From Phoronis australis (taxonomy: Eukaryota; Animalia; Phoronida), in the NCBI GenBank assembly GCA_002633005.1, contig NMRA01000713.1, positions 1,139 through 65,138 on the forward strand: a stretch of 64,000 nucleotides of DNA, read 5' to 3'. This document shows, in pieces, positions 1 through 15,700 of the stretch. The notes under the pieces are model-generated. The model ran no database searches and was not told the origin of the DNA. It saw only the letters and a program-made list of their open reading frames with translations. Each line of letters starts with the position of its first letter. Position 1 is the first letter of the stretch. The position numbers and the translations under genes are program-made.

Positions 1-767
1 ATCAGCGAAATTGAGATGCAGAAATTTGTAACTAATTCTTAGTTCTGGACAGTTCTCTACTGGGTTTTCAGCATGAGACTGAAGAAGCCAGACGAATTTC
101 GAGGTAATTCAGCAACTTTAAATTTTGAAACCAACAGACGTATGTAGAGAGTGGGAACAACGTGCTGTTGTGTGGTTCTTCATTCATTGTCATCAAAGTA
201 TTACAAGTTGAATGACTTGTGTAAAGTGAAAATTAATCCTTTTACCTAGCAGTAACAATTTACACTTAGTTTCCAAAATAAAATGGAAAGGGTCAAAATT
301 TCAAAAAAGTTTGATGCACAAAACCGTGACTAAATTATCCATTTTTTGACAAGAGAACAGTCACGTTTCAGTTTGGCAAACTCTCAATAAACATCTCGAC
401 CACTGCTGCTCCAAGCACTTCATAGAAATTGCAAAAATTTCTACTCAGTCCACTAAGAAATAAACATTTAGCAAAAATACTGTCTCATTAAAGTTAAACA
501 CTGATTAAGTTCTACAAAGTTATAGAATTGTGTGCGATAATTGTCTGAGTGACTAAACTACCAGATACTTTTGGCAAGAAGTATTCCGAGTTTGGCAAAG
601 TCCGACAGAATGTTGTCCGTTCTGAGAACCATACCTGCATGGTGTACGCAAACATGTCCACAACACTAAAGGGACATTCCATTATCTGCCTTGAGCAGCG
701 TTAAAAGACTCCATCAACAGGTGGCATGCAGACTTAAAACTTAAAAATGTGTGTGAACTCTACTAAC

Positions 768-3700
768 CTTGGTAACAACAGCTCCAATGCCTGTGCTGGC
801 TCCAGAGGGTCCCACTCACTGACCATGGCATGAAGGTCGGGTAGGCAGAGCCAGTCCCAGCCGTGACAGTAGTCCAGAATCTTGGAGAGTGCTTTAGGAT
901 AGTGATACATATAGTGTCGCTTCTCCCATAGGAACTCACTCTCCTCTGTGGTGAGACTAGAAAGTAGATTTGGGTAACATTACAACCATCAGTGACAGTG
1001 CAGAGTAGGCGCACGTTTATTAGAGTACAGTGTAGTTCCACTCATCAAAGGCACTGCACATATCAGTTGGGCACTGAATAATAAACTAATTCGTGGCCCC
1101 CAATCCATCAACTTTAGGACCGAACATCAGCCCTATTCCCCTCAGAAAATTATTGAAAAATCACACGAAATTCCCCTCATGATGCTCAAAAATTCCCCCA
1201 AGTTATTGAAAAATTTCCCTCGAGGTTCGAATCACATGTAATTCACACAGGTGACAATTTGAAAGAGAGGAAAATGTTAACTTTGGTTACCAGAGGCAGA
1301 GCCTACGAGGGCTTACATCAGGGAGGGGTGCCACCGATGGTGACTGGGAGGTATAATTTCCCCTCACTCAGAAATATTCCCCTCTCAGAAGGCACTAAGT
1401 CATGCACCTTTCCCATTGGATAAATGAAGGTCCTGTAATTTCCCAGATCTAAGGATTGAAGTTACTTGCAACCAATGCTTCCAACAAATCTTAGCCTACT
1501 CATTAGTAATTTCAATTAGTGCTCTCATGTTTCTTCTGTTTTGTACTTCTATTTGGGAGCACCACTCAAATGCAGAAATCCAATCAGACTCCAATAGAGG
1601 GCATCTTGCCCTTGAACTTCTGAGTATAAGACTTGCACACATATCAGAAAAGCAATTCTGGAACTGCTGATTTCTGGTTCAGAAAAATGTAGACTTTTCA
1701 TATAGGTGTAAGCCTTGAAGCTATAAGACTTAGAACTGTGAAGCGTCCTCAAACTGTGGGAGAATACTGACACGAGACGGTGTATCGTGTATATCCACTA
1801 GGATTCTTTTCCAAGAAAGTGTCAGTTTGAATTTGTTGAACTTACTTGGTGATGACATCTTTTGCAATGATTTCCTTTAATTCTTCTTGGAGATCTTGAT
1901 TCAGAGTACCAAAATCACACGCATGGCTGGTAAAGAATCAAAACAAAATGATTAATAGACAAGAGACACGCCTGAAATCTGTCAAGACTGACTACATCAG
2001 ACACAGCTTTCATGATCGAAATTAGATTTAAAAATGTACCAAAAACATGAACTTGCAACTGTATGCATGGCCATCTTTGAAAACACTTGTTTCAATTCGT
2101 GTTCTGGAGTGGCACCCTCAGCTGTTTCTTAATAGTACGGAAAGTTACTACTACACACCATAATAATATGCACCAAACGGGGTTCATTAATTGTCGATAA
2201 CTAATGATTAAATTCAGAGCGAAGTTCTCAACTTCACCTTGACCAATCAAGCACTGTATAGATCTACAAGACAATGAACAATAATAACTTGGTTTTAGAC
2301 ACGTTGTGATTAACCAACAGATGCATGCTCCCAACAAGAAAACTATTAACCAACACCAATTACTGTCCCACTGCTCAATGCTGACCAAGAATTGTTGTTT
2401 CAAGCTGAGACATGTGGCGTGCAATGAAACAGGTGGTCAACCAATACCGCACAGAGATGACATTCAGCCTTTGACAGTCAGAATGACATGGCTGTAAATG
2501 TTACTGACACCTCGTGACGCACAAGAAATTGGAGAACTGAGTTAGGGTTTGTGTATATTAAATCCTCAGAAACTGTGTCAACACCGGCACTGCAGACAGG
2601 AAACTAACTTGCACTCTCTCGGGTTTACAGTCGAGGCCAGTGAGTACAATTGAGATGATCACTTCAACATTTGATACAACATCTGTTAATATGGTGTATA
2701 TTTGACACCCGAAGCGAATTGAGTACAACTTGTTTTTATTAACAAACGGGTTATAAGGCGACACCACAGTGTCACATTGCAATGGGTCAAATCCCGTTTA
2801 CACAGTCACACAATGTTCCTGGGTCTGTTCGCACCTGGACAAGAGAGCCATGTAAACGAACAAGGAGTTGTACGGCAGGTAATTTCATCCCTGAGCATTT
2901 GTAAGTCCGTGTACAGAAAAACATGCTTGCAGGAACTTCTGACAATAGGACCCTGGGCAAATATCCAGGAAATGCTATTTTTGTAACCAAACAAGAGCCT
3001 GGGCATACTTTTGGAAACAGCGGGCCAATTTAGGGAAAATATGGCAACAACGAGGGCCAACATAATGTATTTAACATATGATTTATTTCTTTATTTATAG
3101 TCCTTTAGCCACGTTTATATATTTTGTAGATTAGCAAAGGCATGCTGAAATGATCTAAATCCTGTTTATCATCAAAGTTATTTTAGTTATACTCTAGCTA
3201 AACATTACTATAGATATGTCCTGCAAATGGCTGAAAATATTAACTCCAGCCACAAATTCAGACCCAAGGACCTTAGTTCACTTTTCCCCCAAATAAAGGA
3301 CCTTGGGTCTACGTTTGGAGGGTAACTAGAGTCAACGTAACAAACAGCTGGTGATGTGCACACCAAGTCACTCACCTCTCGGGACTATCCAAAACCTTGG
3401 GAAACTCAACTTGGCATTCAAAATCAGGCAAAGCAATCTGAAGGTAAGGAAATAGTTATAACATCAGTTGCATAGAAAAAAAAAACAATTGACTGAGGAC
3501 TGTTACGGCAGGCACAGCTGGAATTCCAGATGCCCTGCTTTTCCATTTCCAAAAGTTAGCGACTACGCCTCATAAGCCAAGACTTTCACACCACCACATA
3601 CCAGATTGTTTTGCTGGCCTCACTTCACATTTGATGACCTGGGAATTTTACCAGGTCCCATTTGGCGAGTTAACATTACGCTCGAGTCTTGGGATTCCAT

Positions 3701-6700
3701 TTAATTTACACTAAATACATCATTTGCATTGATATATTTATCAACAGTCATGATACTACTAGCTAAGCATCACCCAGTTAACACAGAATATGAATCACTG
3801 ATGACCTACCTTCAGAAGGACACTAGTAGCGCCTCTGTTGGTGAGTGTAGTACCTAATGGCTGGGGATCACCAGGCCACAGAGGAATCAGCTGCGGACCC
3901 TGAACCAGTAAGCTGGAAACGGAATGTAAGGTTGTGGGGTCAGTCACTATCATGGTAAACAAAGGACAGGATGAAATTGTGAGATCACTCGTGACCATGA
4001 GTGGGAGATTTTCTCGAGCCCAAACTAACTTAAGTTTGTAAATGAGCTGCTGAAAACTAAATTCCTTACTCACAATTTTTGATCAGAAGTGAAAGCTCGA
4101 GTCAAAGCGGTACAAAGATGGAGACGTGACCTGTCCTTCAACAATGCTGATGACAAACTCTGCTTTTGCTGAGTCATCATGGCATGGAATTCGGCGTGTG
4201 CTGAGTCATCAAAACTCCACATCAACGTGCCGAATTAATTTTAACATGTACTATACGTACCTCATTAAATTTTCATGCACTTCCTGCCATAAGACACATA
4301 CGCGTGACTCACCCCTTATAGTCGAACACCTGCATAGCAGCCCAGCCTAGCGAGGTTCGCACCTGTTGTCCTGGTTCCGCCCCTGATGACTGACTAGCTG
4401 TCCGAATACCCACCAGGCTGAAAACCAATCTGCACTCTCTTGGCAGCGTGCATACTGGAATTCGCATTTGAATCCTGCCAACCAATACCAACGATCACAT
4501 TTAAATTGTCTCATCACAGCAACAGTAGTGTACAATGACAGTGACGGAAATAGTTTGTTCAATACATTTGCCAAAATGTGTAAGTTTTTTATCATCACAG
4601 CAACAGCAGTGCACAATGACAGTGACGAAAATAGTTTGTTCAATACATTTGTCAAAATGCGTAAGTTATTTATGAGAAAATATCAACTTTTTCCAAAGCC
4701 ATTTTGTCAAAAGAAACTTAGCCAAAAATTTATTATTTGATGTGAGAAATGAAGTCAAAACAAATTGTAATTCTTATTAGTGGCACACTTATTGACCTAT
4801 TGTAAGCTCCGCCCCCTTGCAAAAAGTCAACAAACAAACAATAAGTTTTACGCTACAACTTAGCTATGATGATGCCAACAATCCAATAGAGTTCACCTAC
4901 CATTCATCCCAACACAGTTTGTCCGTGAAACCTTCGGTTATCTGCACGTAAGAGGTTGCGACTTCAGAATGAACTTTTCTACCTCCATGATAAAGAGCGC
5001 ATATAATACAGTATTTTTCGTAGCTGCAAATATAAACAGGGAAAATAATGAACATAAAACGACAAAACAGTCATTAAGTAACATTTATTATATTCAAGTT
5101 ATTAACAGGGCAGACTGTAATTATTATGTACTAGATTTAAGACCATTTATTACTAATCTGAAATTAATTGGTCAATGTACACCAACCTACAGCCTATTTT
5201 TGGTAGGATGTTTGTTTCTGTTGGTCATTTCTCCGGCCATCTTCAGGTGTTATTTAGCTTTCTTATGAGCTGTGGTACTTTTCTACACACACTACCTGAA
5301 GATGGCTGGAGAAGTGACTGGGTTAAACGACACGCCAAATGCTAGAGGTTGGTGTAAATAAATTATTTAAAATAATACGTTAATACATCCCCACATCATT
5401 TATTACTATGTGGCAAAAACACTAATTTGTGAACTCACGTCATTTTCCACTCAACAGGAAGTCTGTGAGCAGATTCTAGTTCTACGATGAAGAAGTCTTC
5501 AAACACTGTAACATCTTTTAAACTAGTATCTGTAATAAAATATGGCACATAGAATCAACCCCGAGACAACAACAAAAAAGGACTTCAAAACAAACACTTT
5601 TTAAAATAAAGTGCTGCATTCACACAATCCTGGAAATGGCAGCAACTCCATCCAACGAGTTGAAAACAGCGACTTAAAAAAATCTTTCAAAAGTATTCTC
5701 ATTGAAGAAGAGTGACATTTTAGAGCAAAACATTGACAAACTAAATGTTAAGCAATGTATCTATTTTTCCCCCAGTGTCTTGGCATAACTCCAGCGATAC
5801 CAGACTAATTTTAAAGAAATTCAACTGAAAAAGGGGACTTTCTTTGACAATATTAACAACCAATCTATTATTGATCAACGAAAAGAGTTCATCAACAAAT
5901 CAAATGATTGTGTTAAGCGAGAGGCAACGAGGCTTTGCCTGGACGTCTGTAGGACAACAAGGGTCATCCAGTCGCCTGTAAAGGAATATCATATACCATA
6001 CCAAACTCATCCACCTGGCATTCTCTCAATGTCCAGATACTGCCCGCTCAACAATTTAGCATATTATCCTTCTCAAGTACCTGTACATGGCTTGTGTAGG
6101 CTACCGAATGAAAAGTCCGAGTTAAACGTCCTACAGTAGGTATGCACTAAATGCTTGACGGACACCACCAGTTGGTCGATCGTGTCTTGAAATTCTTCCA
6201 CCTGCAAGGTCTTTGCGTTGTCCCTGAAAAACAGTCCACGTCAAGTTCTCTCATCAGAACCTCTCTGAAACACCATTTCCTCTTTCATACATTTCCAAGC
6301 AAGGTAATACAGTAACTCCAGTGGATAATAGAGCGACGTGGCTATACGATAATCCACAGAACCATTGCAACGTTTGCCACACTTTGCACAGGAAGTCATT
6401 TAAAGCTACATTTTGCCCAGTGAAGTTCAGAAAGTTGGCTAAAAACAAAGATCAATAAGGCCTTTTACTGTCATGACATCTGTCTCATTCCTTCGCGTGA
6501 GAGGGTTCTATTTCAGAGGTTACCAAATCAAGTTACAGGCAATGCACATATGCATCATTTTCGCAGTCGCGATGTTAGTGTTGGCCCACCCCAATAAACT
6601 GCAGCATTTTCTTGTCTAGTGTTGCTGTTGGTTTCAATGCCCATGTTGGTACAGATTCAGAATCCTATCACGCTAAGGTATGAGACCATTTATCATTTTT

Positions 6701-9700
6701 AGCCAGCTTGACTAGTTGGTGCCAGAGGATTTGATAAAACTAATTGTGACAAGATTTACGAATCAAAGAAACATGCAAAGAACCAACCAGGATAGATCAC
6801 CATTTTCCCAAGTCAAGAGTGCAAATTGTACTGGGCTGTCCTCGTGATTTGCCCCTGACAGGACCAGACCTGTTATTGTGTCTTAAAGGTTCGCTCTTGG
6901 ATTGGTATCTTTGTGCACATTTTACAGCTCCAAATTTAAAACAAAAACTACCAAGATCTAATAAATCCTCACAAGACTCTTTTTGTTGTAAGTCCTAAGT
7001 ATTGAATATCGTGCTCTTTCCGGAAGGGGCAAGGTGAGGAAAAGAGGACAAGTGAAATTATGACGCCCTCCCTATTTAAATGTCACTGCATTCTGTCAGT
7101 GTATTAAGATCACTCTGTTAGGTGGAGGTGTATACACGCCAAGTTGCTGCACTGTAAACCTTGAAAAAAGTTCAATTTTCAAGTTTTTATAGTGTGCAGT
7201 GTCTAAAATGTGCGGAAAAGAATATTGTCACGAACAGGCAGGGGTTACTGCTGACATTCACCTCTTTTCCATACCTGAACAAAAGAAGCCGATCATAAGG
7301 TGCGGGGGATGTGATAAGTGGATATTGAAGTCCCAACAAGTTGGAAGCATTCATAGCTTTAGCTGCTATTTGTAAATTAATGTGACACAAAAACACAAAG
7401 TGCACAGTACCTTGATCGGTCAATGATGGCATAGATAGCCCCATCTTCTTCCATCTCTTCAGAAAAAGGACACTGAAAATCAGACAACAGATTATGATCT
7501 ACAAAAATTTTTGTTATTGGCAAAAAATTACGCCTAGTATGTTGCACCGACATCATTTTTTTTGTTTTTTTTTGTTTGTTGGCACTCTACATGTGGCATT
7601 TTTCGTCCAAATCCGATGAAATTCACACACAACCTCTAGCTCTTGAATAGCTCGAAGCTTATAATTGTTTTTCGTGATGATCTGTAGTGGCCATTTTGTT
7701 TTCAAATTCAGATTCAAATGCCCATAGAGGCCACAATTTTTGATGTTCACGTCGGCTGAAAATTATTACAATTATCATAGCAGATGTGTTCTACAGGTTT
7801 GTGGGAAATTACGAACTTCTGGCCAATAATGGTGGAAATATTGGCCAATGCGATTGGGCACCTCGATTTCAGGACGCAAATGTGCTGTGAAGGGCACATT
7901 GCATAACAAATTGCTTCGAAAAGTTTCATGTGTTATTTTCCTGTCAGTAGCTATTATCAAGAGCTGCTATCAATGGCAAATCTGACACATTTTCATCAAT
8001 TTTCAGTCGTACTGGGGTTTTATTTTGAATAGGAAGAGCAAAAAACATGAATTTTTGCATGTGTATTCATTAAGGTATACTCTTCCAAATGAACTTTCTC
8101 TCAGAGTTACCATTTTTGATTTACTTGACTTTCAATATTAAAAAAAGAATTTCAATCATATTTTGATTTTTTCAAAAAATTTCAGAATTTTGTGAAACTA
8201 CTATCAATTGATAGAATTTTGAACGGAATTTCAGAAGATGTTTTCCGTTTTTCTCTAGCACATCTCTCTATCGAATTACTCGGGATTTTCTGAAGATGCT
8301 GTTGCACTTTTGTTGGTTTACCTTCTGTTGAACAAGATTATGTTTCTTACTCATTTCAGACATGTTCATAATATGATTGTTATCACGTTCATTATTGCCA
8401 CCATCATTATCATCATCATTGTCATCATCATCTCTAATATTCTTTTCAGCCTATTTCTACGAGCGTTTTCATTCTAGACCTAAACTTAAATTTTCCATCA
8501 AGAAAATGTGCCATTTGGTCTGTGCAACTAAGCACAGCTTAAAAAACTAGGTTGATGGTTTTGGCTGAGAACATAATTGTTTATTACCCCCTATTGATTA
8601 TGATAGCCCAGCCCCGAAAGTCGGCCATACCTCAATCTCAGACAGAGTGTTCAGCTTGAGTACTTGAGTTGATATTGCATTCGTCTCCACATTTCCAAGT
8701 ATTGCGCAGATAGCCTTCACTGACTGTATCAAGGACTGACACTGCACTTTCACAGCAGTAGGCTGTAATTTCACAAAATAATTGAGTCAATTTACTTAAC
8801 GTGATAGGACTTATCTTCTGATACCAAAAAGAAGTAACAATCCCTCAACAAATCAAGGAACACATTACAAAATTATCAATTTCTTCTCGGGTTTGCTTAC
8901 CTTGAAATTCAAAAAGGTGTATGGAGAATTCTGACTATTCAAATGTACATCAGCCACGTGAAACAACAACGACCATTTTCCATGAGTATATCGCATATCA
9001 TTTATTGGCTTGGCTCTCTTGTTAAAAACACTAAATGTAATATGGTGTTAGTTAAAACAGATCTGAAGCTACACATGGGATCAGTTTACCAGGATGGAGA
9101 ACCACAGTTAGTATAGAGAACATTCAGTAAAAAGTAAACACCAGAAACCAGACTCTTGAACAAAATCATTTTGGGCTAGCAGGAGGTAACTAGTCCCAAT
9201 AGTGGCTTAGAATTTTGGGGATGTTGTAAATCCAGGGTGTCATTCACACACAACAGTCAGACCTTTTGAAATCGACATGCAAGGTCCATGAAAGCAGTTC
9301 GCTAAAATAAAATATTAATATTTCCACATAGGGGAAAGTTAAACGAAGTCATGAGCTACCTGCAGAGCCCGCTCCCTGACCGTGTTAATTTCTTTGTAAA
9401 AAGTGTCGAGCAATATTCCCATAGTTTCTCTATTTACCACACGGCGGTCATCTGGCCTTGAAAGTACAACTGGCTCAAGGTCATCTTTGGACTGAAAACA
9501 GAAAATAATTAGAGAATGACGTGATTCCCATTTAGTGTCATGAATTTCAGTTTAATTCAAAGTGAGTACGATCAGTACACAACAGAGACATTGAAACTAG
9601 ACCACGCCAGTCCCAGAACTGGACAACTGCTACTAACAAGAAAAAGTAATACCAGCCAACTCAACAATCAACCACAGATGGCACTAGACACAAAGGGGAG

Positions 9701-12700
9701 GTGGACCTCGCCACCAACTCTGCTGGGGGTGAAGCTGCCTATTCCAAATATCTACTTATAGCACTTCTAGCATTAGTTTTGCTGCTCAAACTTTTCCCTT
9801 CCATCAACAAAATGTGAAATTTTAGGTCTTCTTACAATTTTTAAGAATCATGTAGTCATTCAACCAGTTTATTTTGTAAATACGCAATTACCCTCCCATA
9901 GAATGGACCCTAGTAGTTTTCTGGTCACAATGTCAATATCCAACAGCATGTCTAGTAAAACATATCAGTGACAGTGACCAGAGGGTACCATTACTGGACT
10001 GATTACTGTAGCATGCAACAACATACAAGGGTGCACTGCAGGAATTTAACAGGGTGGAATATGACACAAAGTATGTTATCCCATACCTAAAATACTGCAG
10101 TGTCACATTTTGAAACTAGAATCTGTTGAATCTCCAGGGTAGGGAAACAATTCAGCAGCCAGACTCGTTGAACTTTGGCACAAGCTCTTCACCCAGACAG
10201 TAAACAGTTCTCATGTGTTCTTAGCCTCAAAGACAATGCCGAGCAGCCATCTACATGAATGTGATTGCAATGACTCGGGTGGCCAGAGTTTTCTCACGGT
10301 GAGTCATTGGATTGTTTCTCCACCCTAATTCGCAAATTTACACCGAATATTCTTCATATCATTGGGACATAGTTCACGAGACCTGGTTTTCAACAAAAAT
10401 GTTGACGACGAATCTTGTCAAAATTAATCTGGCTTTGTGGAAGCTCTGGTGTTAACCAAGTGTAATTTATTTGGAAATTAGTTCGAAACGTTCACTTAGA
10501 AATTTTGCCAATTTTCGATGAGAAGAAATGGCGTCAACTTTCTATTGAAAATTACCGAATACTGCCGTGATTATAGAGACACTTGTTATAGCTCTAAAGA
10601 GACACTTGTTATAGCTCTATAGAGACACTTGTTATAGCTCTAAAGAGACACGTGACAATGAAATCATAACCAGTGCAACTCATTAACCGCTTACTTACTA
10701 ATTAAAAGAAAACAAAGAAAGGAAGAAACAAACAACACCATCATTTCATCAAATCAGGATAAGCACAAAAATCAAACCACACTGAACAAGTGGTGTAACC
10801 TATCACTTGTTAACAAAATACCACAAATACCGTTACATCTTGGGTTCCTGGACGTTCATTCTGAGGACAGAAGTGACCAGAGAAGGTATCAGAAACAATA
10901 TGCAACATGCGGAGAAGTTTTCAATAAACTGGACAAATAGTGGCATTTTTTTCTGACAAATTTGAAATATTTTGAGACAAAATTATTAAGGACAGAGAAT
11001 TCGTTGTGAGAGTATCTGACTTTGTGAACTTCAGTCAGAAAATATTTTGCTCTCCATACGCTTTGTTGCTTATCTTTCTACTTCGAGTATCAGAACTTCA
11101 AGCGTTAAGGAATTTTGCACGAATCGTGTCAGAAAAAAACAAGACTTGTTTAAAATACCATAGCGATTTAGCAGTAACCATGACATCGTCAAAACTCTGT
11201 CAAAGTCCGATGTTGTCCAGTTTATTTAGGAAACTGTCAAACAACAGTTCGGTCATTATTTCCGATCCAAGTACCATCAGTCTAAAAACAGTCTTGGCAC
11301 ATTCTGCACACCAGGTTTCTTCAGTCCGAACATATTTTAGTGGATCAAGATGCAGTATAACAGACGATGCCCCCCCTACAGCTAAGGAAAGGAAAGGACG
11401 CCAGCAAAACCAAAAAGAAAATGTTCTTAGTAAAGGGTCCTGCATATTAAGAACCCGTTTTCCCAACATAATGAAAACCATTAAACTGGTTATCAACATC
11501 TGGGACCCCTGTAAGTGCCGAAATTTGATTAATTTTTGTTAGCGAATTTCCACATTTTCTTAGTCGATACAAAATGAGTAGGGTCACGCTTTCAAACAAA
11601 TCTCCATAAATTACATTAATGGTCTGACACTTGAACTAAACAGAGAACAGAAAAAATTTCTCACATTTGGAGACGGAATTTTTTATTTTGTCTACAACAA
11701 ACTGGAAGTTACGTTGAAAGAAAGAAAGGTTTTTTCTAATAGGTTAACGAATGCCGTCTGAAACTTCAAATATATTTTTCTATTGAAACCCCTCCAGAAT
11801 CATAAGAGTCATATCATACATGATCGCCTCAAAATGGATAAAATTTCCAAACCTTCGAATGGTGCTTACGCCATAAGTTTGAATCACATTCACGGGAACC
11901 AATTCATTGACAGCACAAAACTATGGGAGGTGAAGGTGGAACCACTACTAGAGGACTACCAATCACTATCAATTGAATTTCTATCCTTCAGTGATAACAA
12001 CAGCTAATTAGCAAAACATATATTGACTTACTGTGCGCAGCAATGATTTGTTCACGTTACCAACGTCGACAAGAACAAGCTGAATGTCTTCGTCCATCTT
12101 TATACATTGATGGGTATACACGTAGTCACCCAGGCGAGATTCACTGAAAGCAGTTACCGCGGCAATAAATAGAGACTGATTTCAAAAAAAGGAACAAACC
12201 AAATGATATTAATTAAATATTTAGTAGACATTCTACTGATTAAATTTGTAAAAGAAATTAAATCTTATGAGCACTTAATGTCAATCGACTACATATCAAT
12301 CGCAACTTTGATGGTCTTGCCTGCTTGTCACATGGAGTACCACATAATTCACGTCAAGTTTTAGAAGACATGGAAACATAATCATTTAGACAATCCCTAG
12401 AACGTCACATGTAACCTCACAAGACTGCGAATGAATTATGGCACATACTTGACGGTGGTCAGATGTAAGCAAACAGCTTGGTGCCCAGTAACCCGATTTT
12501 TCAACGGAAACGCATTTTAACAGCACTCTTTGGAAAAATTGGAGTTTGAATATCGCCCACAAACTTTAATTTGCACTATAATATTTCTGTAATTAACTGA
12601 AAAGATTGACAAAATACAAACCAGTGGTACTGTCAGGCATCCGTGATATTTTTACAAAAGCAATTATTTCCACAAAATGACAGATGAGGAAAACCAAACA

Positions 12701-15700
12701 CTTAAAATTATACACAATTATATCGAACAAGTCAATCTGTCAAAAAATATACCAAACAGTAACACTGACCTACAAAATGCAATGACAGTGGGGCATGAGT
12801 CAGGACTAGCACAATGAACCCCTGCTACCAGTTTAGCGCGCCGTTTTTGAAGCCAAGTCACCATCAAATTAGCCAATCTCTACTTTGCGGTCTATTTTTC
12901 CACAACATTGTCACAAAGAGAGAATTTTTTGAAATGGATTTTCAAGTCTTACAGAGCAGCGATTCTTAAAAATCGTCCACAAAACGCCTAGCAAAGTAAC
13001 AGCTAGACGTTCAAACATTCTGATGGCAAATGTACCACAACGTAAAAGTGACCTCTCTAGCTAACATGAAAAGATTCACAGAGAAAGTCTTCAAATTAAA
13101 AGTCCTAAATGGTATCACGAATATGGCATACTTACAGGACGAGGTATTCTGAAACGCCGTGAAGTTTAAAGACATACTCATCAGTGCAGATGTCTGTCAT
13201 GTTATCATCACTGAGAACAGACAATACCTGGACGACCATGTGTTCCACAGTTGTGCTCACTGCAATTCAACAAGACAGAAGCTATGCATTATCACACCAC
13301 AGTTTGCTATGGGAACTATAAGAAGCAATCAAATGTTAAAGATTGCACGTGTACAGTCCGGACACACAGTGTGACTATTGTGTTGGGACACTAGTCTATG
13401 TCGATTCTAAGTCTTTTCGATTCACGCTTGACGTAAAAACGACAACGTAAGAGCTCAGTTAGCACTCATGTATGACGAGAAATTCTAGCGACACTGAATT
13501 TGTCAAGTTCTGAATCTGATAACAATTGGAAAGGACTCACTGATCTATAGCAGAACTGGTGCTACAGTAGTCTAATAAACAAACACAGTCAGCCACTTAA
13601 AGAGAGTCAAGGAAATTCTATAAAATGCAAAAAATATTGAATCACGATTTTACGTTTTCCAAGAAAACTTACAGTCGCATGTGAACACGACGGGTTCAAC
13701 AGAGAACTTTGTCTCGACGCTGACTTTGACGGACATGTTCGCGCACGGCATATTATCGACGACAGGGCTGATCAAGAAACCGTGGTTTGTCAAGTTATCT
13801 TCGTAAGTATATTCCGCCTTCATCCTGCAACACAAGACAGCAACGTTCTGGGAACTTGAGGCAGATTCTTAAGCGACACGGACTAAAGTGGTTCAAAATT
13901 GTCAGCTTAATTTTCTATTGTTTCCAGGTTTTTGTCAAGACAAACTAACAATATTTGCACAAAAATGCGAATTAATTACATCAAAAAAATCTAGATGATG
14001 GTTATCATGTCTCACCATGCAGTATTAATATAAAGGAGCTTGAATAATGATTGAAAACGTAGTCACCACCAACTGCAAGATGAGTTGCTCCGAAGAAATT
14101 ACAATAGGCACTAATAACCACACCCCCTATGTTTTTCTGTGATAACCGCTGCCTGTTCATGACAACATTCTTTGCCACCCAGCTTTGACAGTGTCGACTA
14201 TGAAAACTATATGTGGCACTGAAAACTGAACCTTGTTTTCGTTGTCAAATTTCTCCACAGAATAAAGATTAGACATTTATTTTTTAAAACAACTCTCTTA
14301 AAAATTTTCCATTATATGCAATAAATTAAATTATGGAAAAATGAGTTTTAGCAATTGTTCTTCAGCGAACTAAGGGGAGAAATAGCATAGATGGGAACTT
14401 CAAACCAGGGTTTCAGAAAACGCATTCACACATCAACATTCCTCAACATACCTTGCCACCATATCGCAGAAAGCCAACTCTTCTTCACTGGCACCAATTT
14501 TTTGGCGTAGAGGTTCAAACATGGCTGCTTCCTGTCAGCAAATTAAGAACACTATGAAAAGCTCATTAGAATTGGGGACAATAGTTACTTACAGGGTCTC
14601 CGACTTTGAGAACCAGTTTGATGCCCAATATTCAGTAAAAAACTGGTTCTCAAAATGCAAGACTCCTGTAAGTGAATTATTACCAAGTTGGGTGTATAAC
14701 ATTTCTTTGGAAATCGAACGGCATTTGGCCAGGTACTATTTGGCGAGTTGGTGATATGCTAAGCATCGAGCCCTAAACAGCCAAGATTTTAAACTGCTTA
14801 AAATCAATTTCATTTCAAGAACACCGTAAAACAACCCCACCAGTCAATCAAATGTCAAATTAAAACACTCGCATTTACACTATCTAACGATAATTAGCTG
14901 ATATTGAGCTACAGGTATTTATTGGTCAACATTTACTACACAAAATCAGGTCAACCAATCACAGTGCTAGTTATCCTCCATAGTGATTAATGTAGTCGCC
15001 AGACAGCAAAATAAGGCAGAGCGAAGAATTGCATTTGTGGACGTTGTGACAACTTAATAAAATTATATACGGGGGGTCTTTTCTTTTTCTCATGGGACGT
15101 CGGAGTAACACGGATAGGGCCCAAGTTTGTACAGGAAATTTTGGTAGACATGGCATTCTGGGACTGGGTACGCTTTTATGTCAAACTCATGTACGCGGAG
15201 CAAAGAAACTTTCAATTGAAGTCACGTTTCTTCTATTTTCTCGGTTTGTTTGGATATTGAATTCCTAATTCTGAAGTATGCAGTACTAAGGAAGGGTTTA
15301 AGATGCTTAGAATGCAGTCACTTATCGAAACAAGAAATAGTGGTTTTTAGCACTTTAATGGTCTAGTTCCGTGTTCAAAAAGATTTCAAATTTTCATGAC
15401 AAAACCACAAAGTATTCGTCCGTATATGTTTCGGAGTTTAAAATGTCAAGAGTCTTAAAATGGATATGAGTCAAGTTATTGTTCTGCTAGACTCAGACCC
15501 GCCATGATGTCTTTGTGTTGAAAAGCTGACGGTGAGGACATTTCTAAATGGTTACCATAGCAACCTGTGGCACACCTTATGCAGTATTCTTATCACATCT
15601 GCCCTGCCTGTTGTCACAGTTGCGTTTTTCAGTGTTTTGTGGGTCTTTTATGGAATGAAATCATAGGAACATAATTGTGTCTGATTTTCCATGGTTTGGG

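Noticed and set aside
1-30. Minus-strand TTC GCT GAT (FAD) resembling the next PIK3C2A exon start
   Set aside because: No AG acceptor in the right position; the next exon probably lies outside the window.
10572-10651. Short direct repeats resembling a CRISPR array
   Set aside because: Contiguous units without spacers in eukaryotic DNA: a minisatellite.
11006-11542. 178-aa plus-strand ORF
   Set aside because: Starts at GTG, no recognisable motif, antisense within a PIK3C2A intron.
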